From the NCBI RefSeq assembly GCF_033153115.1, contig NW_026889758.1:50096001-50160000 (forward strand): DNA of 64,000 nucleotides. The letters run 5' to 3'. The DNA is from Saccostrea echinata (lineage: Eukaryota). This document shows positions 12,901-25,200 of the stretch, in pieces. Position 1 is the stretch's first letter; the number at the start of each line of letters is the position of its first letter. Under the pieces are notes generated by a model, which was given only the letters and a program-made list of their open reading frames with translations, searched no databases and was not told the DNA's origin. The position numbers and the translations under genes were made by a program.

Positions 12901-15900
12901 CAATGGCCCTGAGTGCGAGTAAAGGTTTAATTATCCTCATCATCATCACTTAATCGGTATCAAGTCATCATACATAAACAACTACACATATTTTCAGTAA
13001 TAAATCATTTGAAAGCCATATTTGGGAGACATAGTATTACATATACATGTACTTATAAAAATATAATGAATAAAATATTCAGGTAACCACATTTTAAAGA
13101 AATATAAACACTGTGACTAGATGATTCCAGGATAACCCATTAAAGCTCGAGAGCTTATTTCCAATAGGGTCCTATTACAAATAATATAAACAATGCAAGT
13201 TTTCTCCAATAAAGCACTTTATTATAACTTTTAGCACTGTATTGCATAAACATATGCATGAATTTTAAGTATGACAACATTGATAACATCCACACAATAA
13301 TAAAATATGTTTTATGAACTAGATGTAAAACATTTCACTTTCATGTTCTAAAATGCCCTTTTTTAAATTTGAAGTTGATGACGTCTAATATGAGTGAAAA
13401 ATTCTCACAAGAGAAGTAAAAATCAATCAATCGGTGTCATTGCTGTCAAATTAATATCCGACATTGCATTAAACCTGTATAATTTTGAGTGAAAAATCTT
13501 AAGCTCTGGCAGAAATTTTTGACTTTGTTATTGGCACATTAAACCAATGAATTACACGCTAAATGCACTTCATAAAACATGAGGGAAAAAAAATGGCGAT
13601 GATTTCATCGTACATCGTGCCTTGTCATTGTCATAACGCAGTCACAAGGTGTTTTCAGGTGTCACGCCAGATGTGCATCAAAATGACAGATTTGTTGGTA
13701 CATTTTCGATGATAGAAAGGTCATGTTAAGTCCATTTAATAAACACATTACGCACGGTATAATCTATATTACATGCACTAAGTACTGAATTTTAAGGATT
13801 GACAAGAAATGTTTAAAAGTTATATTCAGAAATTTCATCATCAAGTGTGCATTCAAGCTCCCTCGACAATAAAATATTCATGAAATCTGCGTTTAACAAC
13901 ATCTTCGTTTGTTGCATGGTATCGCTGTGTACATATATGTTGAAATTATGATCTATCATTTTATTACACATTAAGCATATTTCCCTCAAATCACAACAAT
14001 ATGCAAAATTAAGAACCATACGACATTAAACGTAAATTTTCAGAGGGAATTTCCATTGCTTTTAATTTTTCCACATTTACGAGGAAACGCGTCAATTTTG
14101 AACCCAAAAGCAATATTCATAATTCAATCAAATGTGACACGAATAACTGATACTAGGTGGCTTTAATGAACTCTTGGCAAAGATTCTATTTTGGTTAAGG
14201 ATAAAAATAAATTACCAGGTCTGAGCGATTTCCCTCTATGGATTCAAGGAAACTGTTACAACTTCACACACAAATTAAATAAGATGTTTTTCCTTCTAGG
14301 TATTTAGACACCGAGCAAATTAATAGAACACGCATAATCATTTTTGCTCAAAGTATACTTTTAACAAATTAAAAGCATTTTTAGAAATAATAAAGAATAA
14401 TTATCATACAATAACTGATACCTTGAACAATCGGAGCTTAAAAACTTAATTAAAGAAATATATTGACATTTTTGAGGTTGCAATCACAGGCACTTGATGT
14501 ATGGATGATATTAGATGCAGAACTGTACCGTTATGGTTTATATTTTAGTCTTTGCCCAGTTATGGTCAAAGACTAAAATACAAAACCATAACACTACAGT
14601 TCTGCAGCTAGGACGAGGACGACATCCCCCCCCCCTCCCAAACACACACACACCACCATCACCACCTTCTGAGAATTCTTATTAGACACAATAATTTACA
14701 GAGTGTCAAACAAAAAAAAAACGTGAATTCATAGCCTATGATACTTACATTCCGATATCTGATATTCATTTCAGATTTCGTTAAGTTTTAAAGATTGTCC
14801 CTCTACTGTATATGAAAATACTAGTATTTAGTACTAGTTACATCATCCATATGTCCGGTGCCTGTGCAGGCCTGCAGAACGCAGGGGCCTAGGGGGTATA
14901 TGAGTATATTATGTCGACAAAATAACAGTCCGGTGCCTGTGTAGGCCCATAGAACGCGGGGTGCCAGGGGGTATATGAGTATACTATTTTGCTATAGTAA
15001 ATTTTCATTTAGATGCCCCCCCTTTGTTTTTTTTTGGGGGGGTCCCCACTTTTGACACCGTTGCTACCGGCCTGCTGTAGAAAGAAAATGCAGATCTATG
15101 TTATTTCTCGTTTCTTTTTTGCCAGAAAAAAAAACATTTACATCTTCTTAACTTTCATAGAGGGAAATTTTCCTGACCTGTTAACGAGCTACACGTCTGT
15201 TTATTATGAATTTTTATTATATCGACACTTTGCCTGACAATTAGACACCTTGTACGTCAAAAATAGAACAAGGTATATATTTTTGGACTGATATGAACCA
15301 AAACCATGGAATTGATTATGTAGATTTTCCGGAAACTGCATGTACACTGAAGTCAGTATAGGCTACATATGGTATAAAGGTAAAGAGTTTTTCTATTGCC
15401 GTAAAAAAAACTGTCAGCTCCATTGAAATTATTTATATTAAAATTTGGTTATATTCAGTGAAAGAATTAAACAACAACATTCATTAAATTAAAAAACAAT
15501 TTTGTACTTTACACTTAGGTGAGGTTTTCTTTAGATTAAATTTGGAAGAATGTCATTAAAAATGTTTTAAGGTCAATATACGACTGGACGAAGAACTTTT
15601 TTCTGGGGTGGGGCTAGTGGGAAGGGTGTTTGTTTTGGTTTTTGTTTTGGGCAGTTAAAAATGATTTGTTAAATGTAAGAGCCATAATTCAGTGAATAAT
15701 TCAGTCAATATAAAGTAACATTCCAAGTACACATGTATGGTATATGGTGCAAAGCTTTACAAAATAAAGTCCATACACCAGGTCCACTATGGGTAAGGCA
15801 TTAAGATGCTCAGTGTTATAATCCATATTTCAGTCTAAAATTACTTAATATATAAAACACTTTGATTTATTACAGGTGTTAAAGTACTCTCTTTCCATGG

Positions 15901-16132
15901 TGACAGTTGTGTGGTAGATGTTGCCCCTAGCAACAGACCCTACATAGACCTAATCCACAACCAGCTAGGGGTAGCCATTGCAGGGAATGGATATGCAGCC
16001 AAGTCCAGTGACGAGATAGGAAGACTTGCCGTGGAGCTACTGATGAATGGGAAATGGGATACTGATCTCCCTCAGAACTTATTTTATGTAAAGTTAAAGT
16101 CAGGTCGTGGAATGTGTATAAGTAAACTGTAA
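6913..16132 (+). CDS. Peroxisomal FAD-dependent oxidoreductase, monomeric sarcosine oxidase / DAO-family like (425 aa)
   Basis: Exons 6913-7020, 7276-7420, 11550-12051, 12129-12247, 12445-12591, 15876-16132: all GT-AG, 1278 nt in frame. Motifs: Rossmann fold DLCVVGAGLIGSAAA, HYDEGRI, KKVLVATGAF, YMLPPIRYPDGKYYIKLGH, GNGYAAKSSDEIG, and C-terminal SKL (PTS1). Confidence 0.9.
8266..10663. mobile_element. Spy-type (PHIS group) non-autonomous transposon
   Basis: AAA|GGATCAGTGCACTTAAG ... CTAAAGTGCACTCATTC|TTT: imperfect TIR, inserted between AAA and TTT with no duplication. The same TIR core occurs at 18752-31363. Confidence 0.7.
9090..9298 (-). pseudogene. PIF/Harbinger-type transposase N-terminal fragment (frameshifted)
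   Basis: MENEVLLAVSVIVLCIALKLKK, then after a frameshift LGAHNASLDEVQREDPSSYKNFFRIDNAAFEQLL, which resembles the EDP..YKNFLRMD..F..LL motif of Harbinger transposases. Confidence 0.6.
12720..13432 (+). mobile_element. tRNA-derived SINE (head and body 12720-12930, tail ~13365-13432, interrupted)
   Basis: B-box GGTTCGATCC at 12746, a GC-richer body, and a (CAAT)n tail. Confidence 0.55.
14512..14610. mobile_element. ~100-bp palindromic MITE with TAG...CTA ends
   Basis: TAGATGCAGAACTGTA..GTTATGGTTTT.TATTTTAGTCTTTG pairs with CAAAGACTAAAATACAAAACCATAAC..TACAGTTCTGCAGCTA. No clear TSD. Confidence 0.65.
14854..14984. repeat. Two-copy ~55-bp GC-rich direct repeat
   Basis: TCCGGTGCCTGTG.AGGCC...AGAACGC.GGG..C.AGGGGGTATATGAGTATA at ~14854 and ~14929. 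Confidence 0.7.
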
Positions 16133-16289
16133 ATATAATTCAGTAAATCATTTCTTTTCTGTTTGATTGATAACTTTTTTGTGATGTTATCCATGTGATT
16201 CTAAAGGTTGATCAAAAAGTTGAATCTAAAATGTACCCCAAGTTTTCCCCAAGTATCAAATAAAATGGAAATGAATTTGTGTGAATGAT

Positions 16290-19200
16290 TTATTTAAATA
16301 CATTTTTTCTGTAATATTTAAGTTCCTCTATGCTTTCCCTGATATCATCCAAGGCTCTGAAAAACAATATTAAATCATGTGTTTGCTGGAATACCAACAA
16401 TGATTTCATTTACAATATGTATTTACAACGTCCACAAAGTTTTCTTCCTTATGCTTAAAATACAGGTAAAACAACTATCTGCAAAAATCTAAATGTTCTT
16501 AATGTTAAAAATTCTTGTTTCAGTTTACCATTCAAATTGTATCATCATTTGATATGGTTGATGTATGCCCCCCCCCCCCCCCCCAACAAAAAATAATCAT
16601 TTTATGAATCCTCAAAGACAATGGACATTTAAGTGTAAGAATTCCCAAGTTCAGCTAACAAGCACATGGACAGGCTGAGGGCAGAATGATAAGCCCCTTC
16701 CCCTCATTGTTTTTCATTCAGCATACAAGGAGCCTTTACCTGTGTGATAATTTCTTCTTTGGAGCACCATCTAGTTCTTCTGGGTACCATCTCCTGAAAG
16801 AGAAAAATGTCACACACCTATCAAACCTTTGGTATTTTTTTAGCACTTATTTACTGTACATTTATATCATATATTAAATTTGTATGTAAACATACACTAC
16901 AATCCACAATACCAAATTTACCTGCAGAGTTCTTTAATGGTGCTAACATCTATGATTCTGTAATGAAGCTGTTTCATAAAGTCTGGCATGTACTTCTGTA
17001 GAAACTCCTTATCACAGTGAATACTGTTACCAGCCAAGGGACATGAGGAGGGAATGATGTGGGGTTTTACGAACTCCACCATTGTGTTTTCTGCTGTTTT
17101 TAGATCTATTTTACTGTTTTTCACTGCTTCCGTCAAACCTGACTAACAAATGAAAAACTCTGTGTTGAAATAACAGAACTTGCCAAAATTAGCATTTTAT
17201 AAATTTTTATGGTTGTTATAATGACCTTGTTAGCAAATATAACCTATCATTGGGTCCAATTTTGACAGATATATTTCATATCAATTGTTAGGCCTTTGTT
17301 TTTATCTTAAATTTGACTACAGAATATCTTAAATTTGACTACAGAATATTCTACCTGATTGTTTACATAAGACTCATGGCAGGTGTGACTGGTCAACAGG
17401 AGATGCGTACTTCTCCTAGGCACCTGATCCCACCTCTGGAATTTCCAGGGGTCCATATTTAATGCCCTGTTTACAGATTTGTATTGCTTGTAAGTTTTCT
17501 TTGAGATTGATCACTGTTTGTTATCTTTACCATTTTCATTTATAACAACAATAAAGTTTTCTTTTGTTTTTTGTTTTTTTTGAAAAAAAATAATTTCTTT
17601 ACTTAGAGGAAATGTGATGGATCAGGCCAGGAATCAGACCTAGACCTCCTTAACTCTAGACAGGTGATCTACCAAGCTAACTGCCTATCCGTAACTGAAC
17701 CTGCCTGACTGCAATAAAATAATATGGACTTCTTTATTTCAGCCTTCTTTGTCATCACTTTAGAAGCTCTCGTTATTTTCTTAGTAGCATTTTTAAAAAT
17801 ATTCAGATCAACTACAAACTTTTAATAAATGTACACATGACAATCACATATTTATAAACATATGTTGCATTTAATAATTAAGTTCATAAAATAAATCTAT
17901 TATGAAATTAAGGCCAATGATTTGTGAATGACTCAAGTACCACTTTTATGAACACTACTCACTTCTCCATGCTGTTTGGTACACCATTCTCCCATGTTAT
18001 TCAGTACAGTGTCTGGCTGGTGGATAATGATATCTGGACCCTAAAATATTATTTCACAGATTAATACTAGTAAGATATATGTTTTAACTGAAGGCCTATG
18101 GGCCACATTGCTGACCTGAGTCACTACGGCCCTGCTGTTCTTCATCAGATTTTTCTAATATACTGCTTTTTTTTTTTAAATAATGCTTTATTTCTGTGCT
18201 CTTGATACAGTATATTTAATACATATATAAATATATTGCCCAGAAAATGTTCACACACCAGCTTGCGTGCTTCACTTATTATGACATAAAACAATATTGA
18301 ATAATTTGGCGAATTTTTACATGTTATGTATGGAAAGACAAAGTGTATGCAGCCTTGCTTCTTAATATGCATCTTATTTTTAGATAGTTACACTTCCAAC
18401 ATGTTTTTCAGTTGTGTCCATACAGACTCAAATATATCAGCTGTTAAATTTTAACAGATATGTATTTTTCAACATTGTATTAGATAGTTACACTTCCAAT
18501 TGTTTACATATATTTCATTTATGAAAGACTATGATCCACTATTGTGTTCCCATTCAGATTATTCTACCCCCAGTACTCATGATTTGAACAAACTTGAATC
18601 TTAACTGATGATGCTTCCATATTGACTAATCAGGGCTTTGCTGTTCTTGAGAAGATTTTTTTTAACAATTGTTTTTCCTACATATTCCTTTGTACCTTTG
18701 ATCTCCTGTTGTGGCCCCACCCTATCCATAGGGGGTCATTATTTGAACAAAGGACAAGTGCACTTAAGCAATACTTAATGGGCCCTTTTCAGTGCCGTAT
18801 TACTTTAGAATATATTACCAAATTGTTCTCTTTTGGTAATAGTTAAACACAAGTGGATATTTCTAATTAAAACCACGTTAAAACATCACCTAAATCAGCA
18901 CGGACTTGAAACAAATGAAGATTTTTAAATGCCTATAGATACCCCAAATCCGGAAAAGTCGTACCGAACCTATTTGAGTTTCGTTTACTTAAATCAAGGA
19001 GAAGAGGTATTTAAGGTATCACACCGGTAATTGACCAATCAAAATGAACTTAATCAATTGTAGTTCCATACATAATAAAGAAATGTTTTTTTTATTGTGA
19101 GAAATTTTTTAATTTCCCTTATTCTATTTTTACATTTTTGGTATCTGTGCTTAGGATATTTTATGTACTTTGTAAAATATTAAAGGTTTTTGACAGGAAC

Positions 19201-22199
19201 TATTTCTTTCGGGGCATAGGAGGCCACTTCCTGGGGTGCACACAGGATGTTTATAAACACATTGAATACACGTGGTTTTGAGGGTATTCCTGTTTGCAGA
19301 TGGAAAAAATCAGAAAATGCCGTGTAGGTACCCTATTTTTTGGTGTCAGCTGATGTGACTGGTAACGTTTAACACTTCCTGCTAAATATTTTTTCATGAA
19401 TTGGAATACCTGATTTTTAATGATTTTTTATTCTATATAGAATTACATAGTGAAAACAATTACCAGTGTGATACCTTGAAGGTGATTGTGTAAAATCATC
19501 TACACCCATATTAAAGGCAGTTTTAATTTTATAAAGGCATATTTCAACAAAATATGTCATTTTATGAACTTTCTGTGTGAAAGCACATATTTTAAATTTA
19601 GAAGCAGGGTTGACATTAATTTATACAGATTTCTATGTAAAATACTAATAATATGTCATGTTTTACCCTCAAAACTCCAAATGATGACTTTCAAAGTAGG
19701 ATTATGCATCTGACATGTAGAAAGAAGTTAGAAAATGTTGGTTTTTTATTTTAGATGACTTTAAACTCTGTGCACCACCTGACCGTAGTCAATTATAGTG
19801 TCTACAGACTTTGCGGTAAAAGCACTTTAGGCTGATTTTTTCAAGAAAAGACTAATTCTGGGTTTGTGAATGAGTTTTCAACAAAAGCGACAACTGCGAT
19901 AAAATGTGAAGAAGTAAAACATGTTTTTGAAAAGTGTTAAATTTTACAGAGACTGGGTTTACTTTCATTTTATTCACCTTAAGAGATTCATTTATTACTG
20001 GAGTGGAGGAATAGCAATAATGAAATGAGTTAAATTTGTCTAATAAAAGTAATGTACAAATAAAATTTATTAAGAATTTTTCAAAAATAAGAAGCTTATG
20101 ACCAAAAATGCATAAATACTGTCAGGGCATGAGAGTGAATACTTATTCTGAGTCCCAACCATGCATCACACATATAGTACAGAATGTCACTTAGCACCAT
20201 GGTATGGCTGTTATGGTTCTCTAGACTTTTTTCATGCTTTCGCAGCTGACATTCAAGATTTTTCAGTTTGCCGGAGAATGTTTTTTGTCATTTTACCACT
20301 TTTATGTAGGTGTTGACCCTCTGTTTTAAATTAAGTCTCAGTCAGGATGTTTATTTTAGCATGATTTGTTAAGCACACTAATGTACTGAAATATTAATAA
20401 ATTACAAATTAAAGTGATGAAGACATTTGACATATTTACACAATCAAAATATCAGAATAACCATAATTCAGCTAATAAAGTGCCCTGTTCTTCTTTTGTC
20501 ACTTCCTATAAATTTTATCAGCAGTTTTTGTACACCCACCCACCTCCAAGAATCATGGAGGATGGCCTGATATTAGTTTCTTTGTTGCATTTATTCACAT
20601 TTAAAAGTGTTAAGTACCATGAAAATGTTTAAGATTTATATTTTTAAATTTAAATGTTGAATTTTTATGTAAATTTGGTGAAACAAAAAGATGTAATCTT
20701 GAATTAATCATGCAAATTCATCAAACACCTTTGAAATTCCAAAGTAATTCAGTGAAAAGAGGATAATTATGTATGTTCAATTGGAATCTCATGGCTAATC
20801 TGTGTCTGCAGAGAAAGCCAGTTACATAAATCACAACAATAAATTACATCTGAATTGTTTTCTCCATTTTCTTATCATCAAAGCAAGTTTAATGGAGTGT
20901 CAGAGCTGTCCAGAACCTCCCCAGATGCTGATATCATTTGGACTGCCCTGTTTTACAACACAGCTTTTAGATAAACTTCTGCATAGCAGGTTGTAGACAA
21001 GTACCTAGGCTTTATTTGGAACATAAATTGACCAGATGCAGATTTTATTATCAGCCTAATATTTAACAATTTCTATAAATTCTGTCATTCTTAGGAGGGT
21101 AAAATGCAATTTTGTTATGTAATAATTGCATAATGGTCTCAGACTTGTGAATTATTTTTTGTTTGTTGTGAAGAACAGTGCATATACTCTCCACGGATAC
21201 AAAATTGGTTGCCAGGCTTAGTCTATTAAGGATGAAATTCTGCTTCAAAATATGCACCAAAAACTTCTGTCAGAGTGCTCAGTGTGTATTCTTGACTGCT
21301 CTGCAATAAGGGAGATCAATGCATCATATCTCCAGCAATAATGGGAATTAGATCCCCAGACTTCAGGATGTTAGTGACAGTTAGTTAAGAAATCTCAGGT
21401 GCAAAAATGAAAAAAATCTGACAACTTCAAAGGTCCTTGAAATCGGACACTTGATCTGATGGTGGATCATAGACGGGCGCGTTTGCTGAATGATACTTCT
21501 TGAGCTATTTTACCGAAAAAAAATCGAATGAAGTTGCATAGATGACTGTAGCCATAGTGATCAAACTAAGAAATTTGCACTCTTGCATTTGAAATAATAC
21601 AATATTAACAGTAGTTCCTTTAAATTTTAAAATGAATAAAGTATATTTAGGTGGCTTTCAATACCGGTAGCATTGTCTTGCATGAATGTTAAAAATGTTT
21701 GACGCTTTTATGTGTGATGACATTTTAACGACATTAAACTCTCCTAACCCTCCCGTGTTCCTAAAACCAATTAAATACATACAAACTTCTGCGGCACGAC
21801 TTCGATATAATGATACAAAACGTGCATGGCTATCATTTACAGTGAGCACCTTTGAGGAATGTTTACATGTGTAGAACTCACGTGACTACCGGTATTTTAA
21901 ATAATTTATTCCACGGGTGGGTTCAACATAGGTCATACAGGTAAATAGCTTTCGCTTGTTATAGGAAAAACATTGAACTTTTCATACGTTTTTAATATTT
22001 TAAGTACAAGCCTAATCTTGTACAAATTTCCTACTTTCACACAAGTTTTATAAATGTATAATGCGCTTTTTGTCATTCGCATAAGTTTGTACAACGTTAG
22101 GCTGACAGTAAACATGAATGACAGGTGTCGCATAATATTTGGTCCGCCTCGTTTAAAGGTCCGGGGGGACCTAATACGATAACATATAAGGTCCGCCTT

Positions 22200-22238
<39 letters not shown>

Positions 22239-25200
22239 CGAAGTTTAAAGGTCCGGGTGGTGCAAAATGTTTTAATCTTGACTTAAACACATGAAATTAA
22301 AGAGAGTTTGTTTACATCATATGAAGAAAGATTAAGGATTTACCCTAGCTGTTGTGTTTATTTTTTGTACAATATATCTCTTAGGGCAGGAATTGCTACT
22401 CCATGTTTAGTGTGCTTTTAGCAATACCGTTCAGGGCAATGATTTTAAAAAATGTCGCATTTATTGGATTTGTGTTTGTTTTTCCCCAGCATTTGCTTTG
22501 TGTAAATTAGGACGATTAAAGGTGTGAAATCTGCCGGTGTGTATAGGCAATAAAACAATGGGGATGTGAAGTATTCGTATACCTGACAGGTACCCGCAGG
22601 TAGAGACCGCGGCAGATAGCAATGACAATGTAATGGTCATGTGTTTGCTTTAAACCAATAGATATGAATTCTCTATTTTAATAAATTATGCTGAAGAACA
22701 AATTATAATACTGTTATGATATTCATGCGTACACATCAAAATTGTGATATATATAATTATATATAGTCCATTTTTATTACAATATTTAAAGAAATTTCTT
22801 ATTCCAAGTGTAGAGTTTAATACTAAGACCAATAAAAAAAATTAAAGTATGTATATGCTTCCCTTTAGTTTTAACAATTAACTTGTTTTCAGTTTATAAT
22901 ATTTTGCCCTTTATTTGTGGATAGGGTAATATATAGCCTAATGTTGTATTCGATCTATATTTACTGCAGAAACAAAATACATGTAATGTTAAAGCTTAAT
23001 ACAGGTAACTCAATGTTGAAACATATACATCAGATTTAAAGTATAATCATGGTTTGGATTTAATTCTTTCTTACAAAAATATCACTCTTCCTCGTCATAA
23101 TGAACTACATATGAAATAATGTTTCATTTTTGTAATTTTTTTTGCCAAAAGAAAGAAAAAGAAATTACACATTTTACTGTGACTATAATAGACAGACTGT
23201 GGAATAATCTAGCAGGCTGTATCGCATGACCGATTAAAATTTGAAATCATTATTGTAAAATATTTTCTTTTATTACTGACATGAAGCATTTTGGGCAAAG
23301 TTGAATGTCCAGTTCTATATACAAGTCATTTATGTATCTCACGTCTGTATGAACGGGGGAAGGGGGGGGACATCAGTTGATCCTCTTCCTTTTTTTGCGT
23401 ATCAAGGAATTTCTATTTTCTACATTAATTTGTGCAAGAACCCCCCCCCCCCCCAAATGCACCCAGAAATATATTGTCAAGCGTGCGTCACATTTCCCAT
23501 TTCAAGCTACATGATATGTACATTTTCGTGATGTCGACTAGAAGCGTTTCAGTCTAATTTTAAATCAAAAATATATTTCTTTTATAAAACGCTGATTATT
23601 TATGATTATTTATTTTATTCATTTATGGAAAGTGGCAACTCACGGTTATCCGGAGAAAAAAGGTAATTCATGGGGTTTTCCATCATGAGAGTCCAAGCTG
23701 CAGACAGCTCAGTATTACGTTACGCTACAACTCCATACCAAGTAGCCCCGGAGAATTGACACTGTATGGAGTATGACTGAGAGTCATACTCCATACTCTC
23801 CGGGACTTCTTTCCCTACGAATAATGATATGGAGTAATACTGAGCTGTCTGGAGCTTGATTGAGAGTGATCTCCCGTGTAGAATTTTGTACGCGGTGAAA
23901 ACCAGTAAAATGTATTGTTTAGTACCACTACACCTGCTCAAGAGTTTTTGAAAAATTCTTTACGAAAGCTAGGAACTTTGCCAATGTCCTTAAATTATCT
24001 CTTTCGAAGTCTTCAGTCATTCTCCGTGGTAACCATGAAGGAAATAATACAATCGGTCTCATGTAGTCATGACAGAATTTTTGAAGTTCGATTTTCATAA
24101 ATGCTATACATTGCACATGTGTTGTTTCGGATATTACCTAACCATTTTGAATAATGATTATACAGGCGCGGATCAAGAATTTTTCCAGGGGGGGGGGGGT
24201 CCATCCCAGTCAAAAAAATTTCTAACCCAAAAATTTCTTGACAAGGAAGAAAAAAAACGTAAAATCCAATTCCATTTCCAAAACGTGAAAAACAGCTATA
24301 TCGTGGTGGTGATGGTAGGGTCCACGTTTTCTAAGGGGGTCCAAAGTCATTTTTTATGTAGTTCAGTATATACTTTTAATAACTCTGCAAATTCCAGATG
24401 GGGGGTCCTCCCGACTCCCCCCCCACCCCCCCACCCCCGATCCGCGCATGTTACATGAATAATTTCAGTATTGGCTGGAGAAATTTCCGGTAATACATTG
24501 CATCTCAGGTGAGGAAGAGGGGGAGGGGTGACAATAACACCTTCTTTATATTTCCATCTGCTCCTTGCGTATCAAGTACGTAGAAAATAAACACCTTCTG
24601 GTGTATTACAGATTTCTTTTTACTTGTCACACAGGGTATTTACCACATACATTATGTACGTAGTGTTGATGAACCCCTTTCTTATTTTTAAGGTGATTAT
24701 TTTCCCAATTCATTGTATGAATACAGAAACAAATACTCCCTCTTTTTCATGCTATAATGAATCAAAGTCTATAGATACGGATACAGTACAACTAATGATC
24801 ATTCTAACATAACATTTTTGTGATATACATGGATAATGAATCTGAACATATCTTTTGATTGTATGTGGTGAATATATTCTAGATAAATATACATTGTACT
24901 ATACCATTATACATTCAGATTCGTCACTGCCTTTTATAAAAGAATCGTCCTACGATTTTCCAAGACCTTGACATTAAAATAAGAGGCCCATAGGCCACAA
25001 CGCTCACCTGAGTCAATAAGGCCCTGCTGTTTTTCATCAGCAAATTTATTCTAACATATCTTCCAATGAAAAACGTTAATCCCTATTGTGACCCCACCCT
25101 ACCCCAGGTGTCATGATTTTTATAGATATAGCGCTAGCCCAACCCTACCCCTCGGGGTCATAATTTAAACAAACTTGAATTTACACTACCTCAAGATACT

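Noticed and set aside
17610-17695. tRNA-like sequence on the minus strand
   Set aside because: A/B boxes are degenerate and there is no clean cloverleaf; more likely a SINE head remnant.
19200-21500. Possible transposase or SWIM-finger remnants inside the large Spy-type element
   Set aside because: Only faint resemblance with many stops; not supportable without a translated search.
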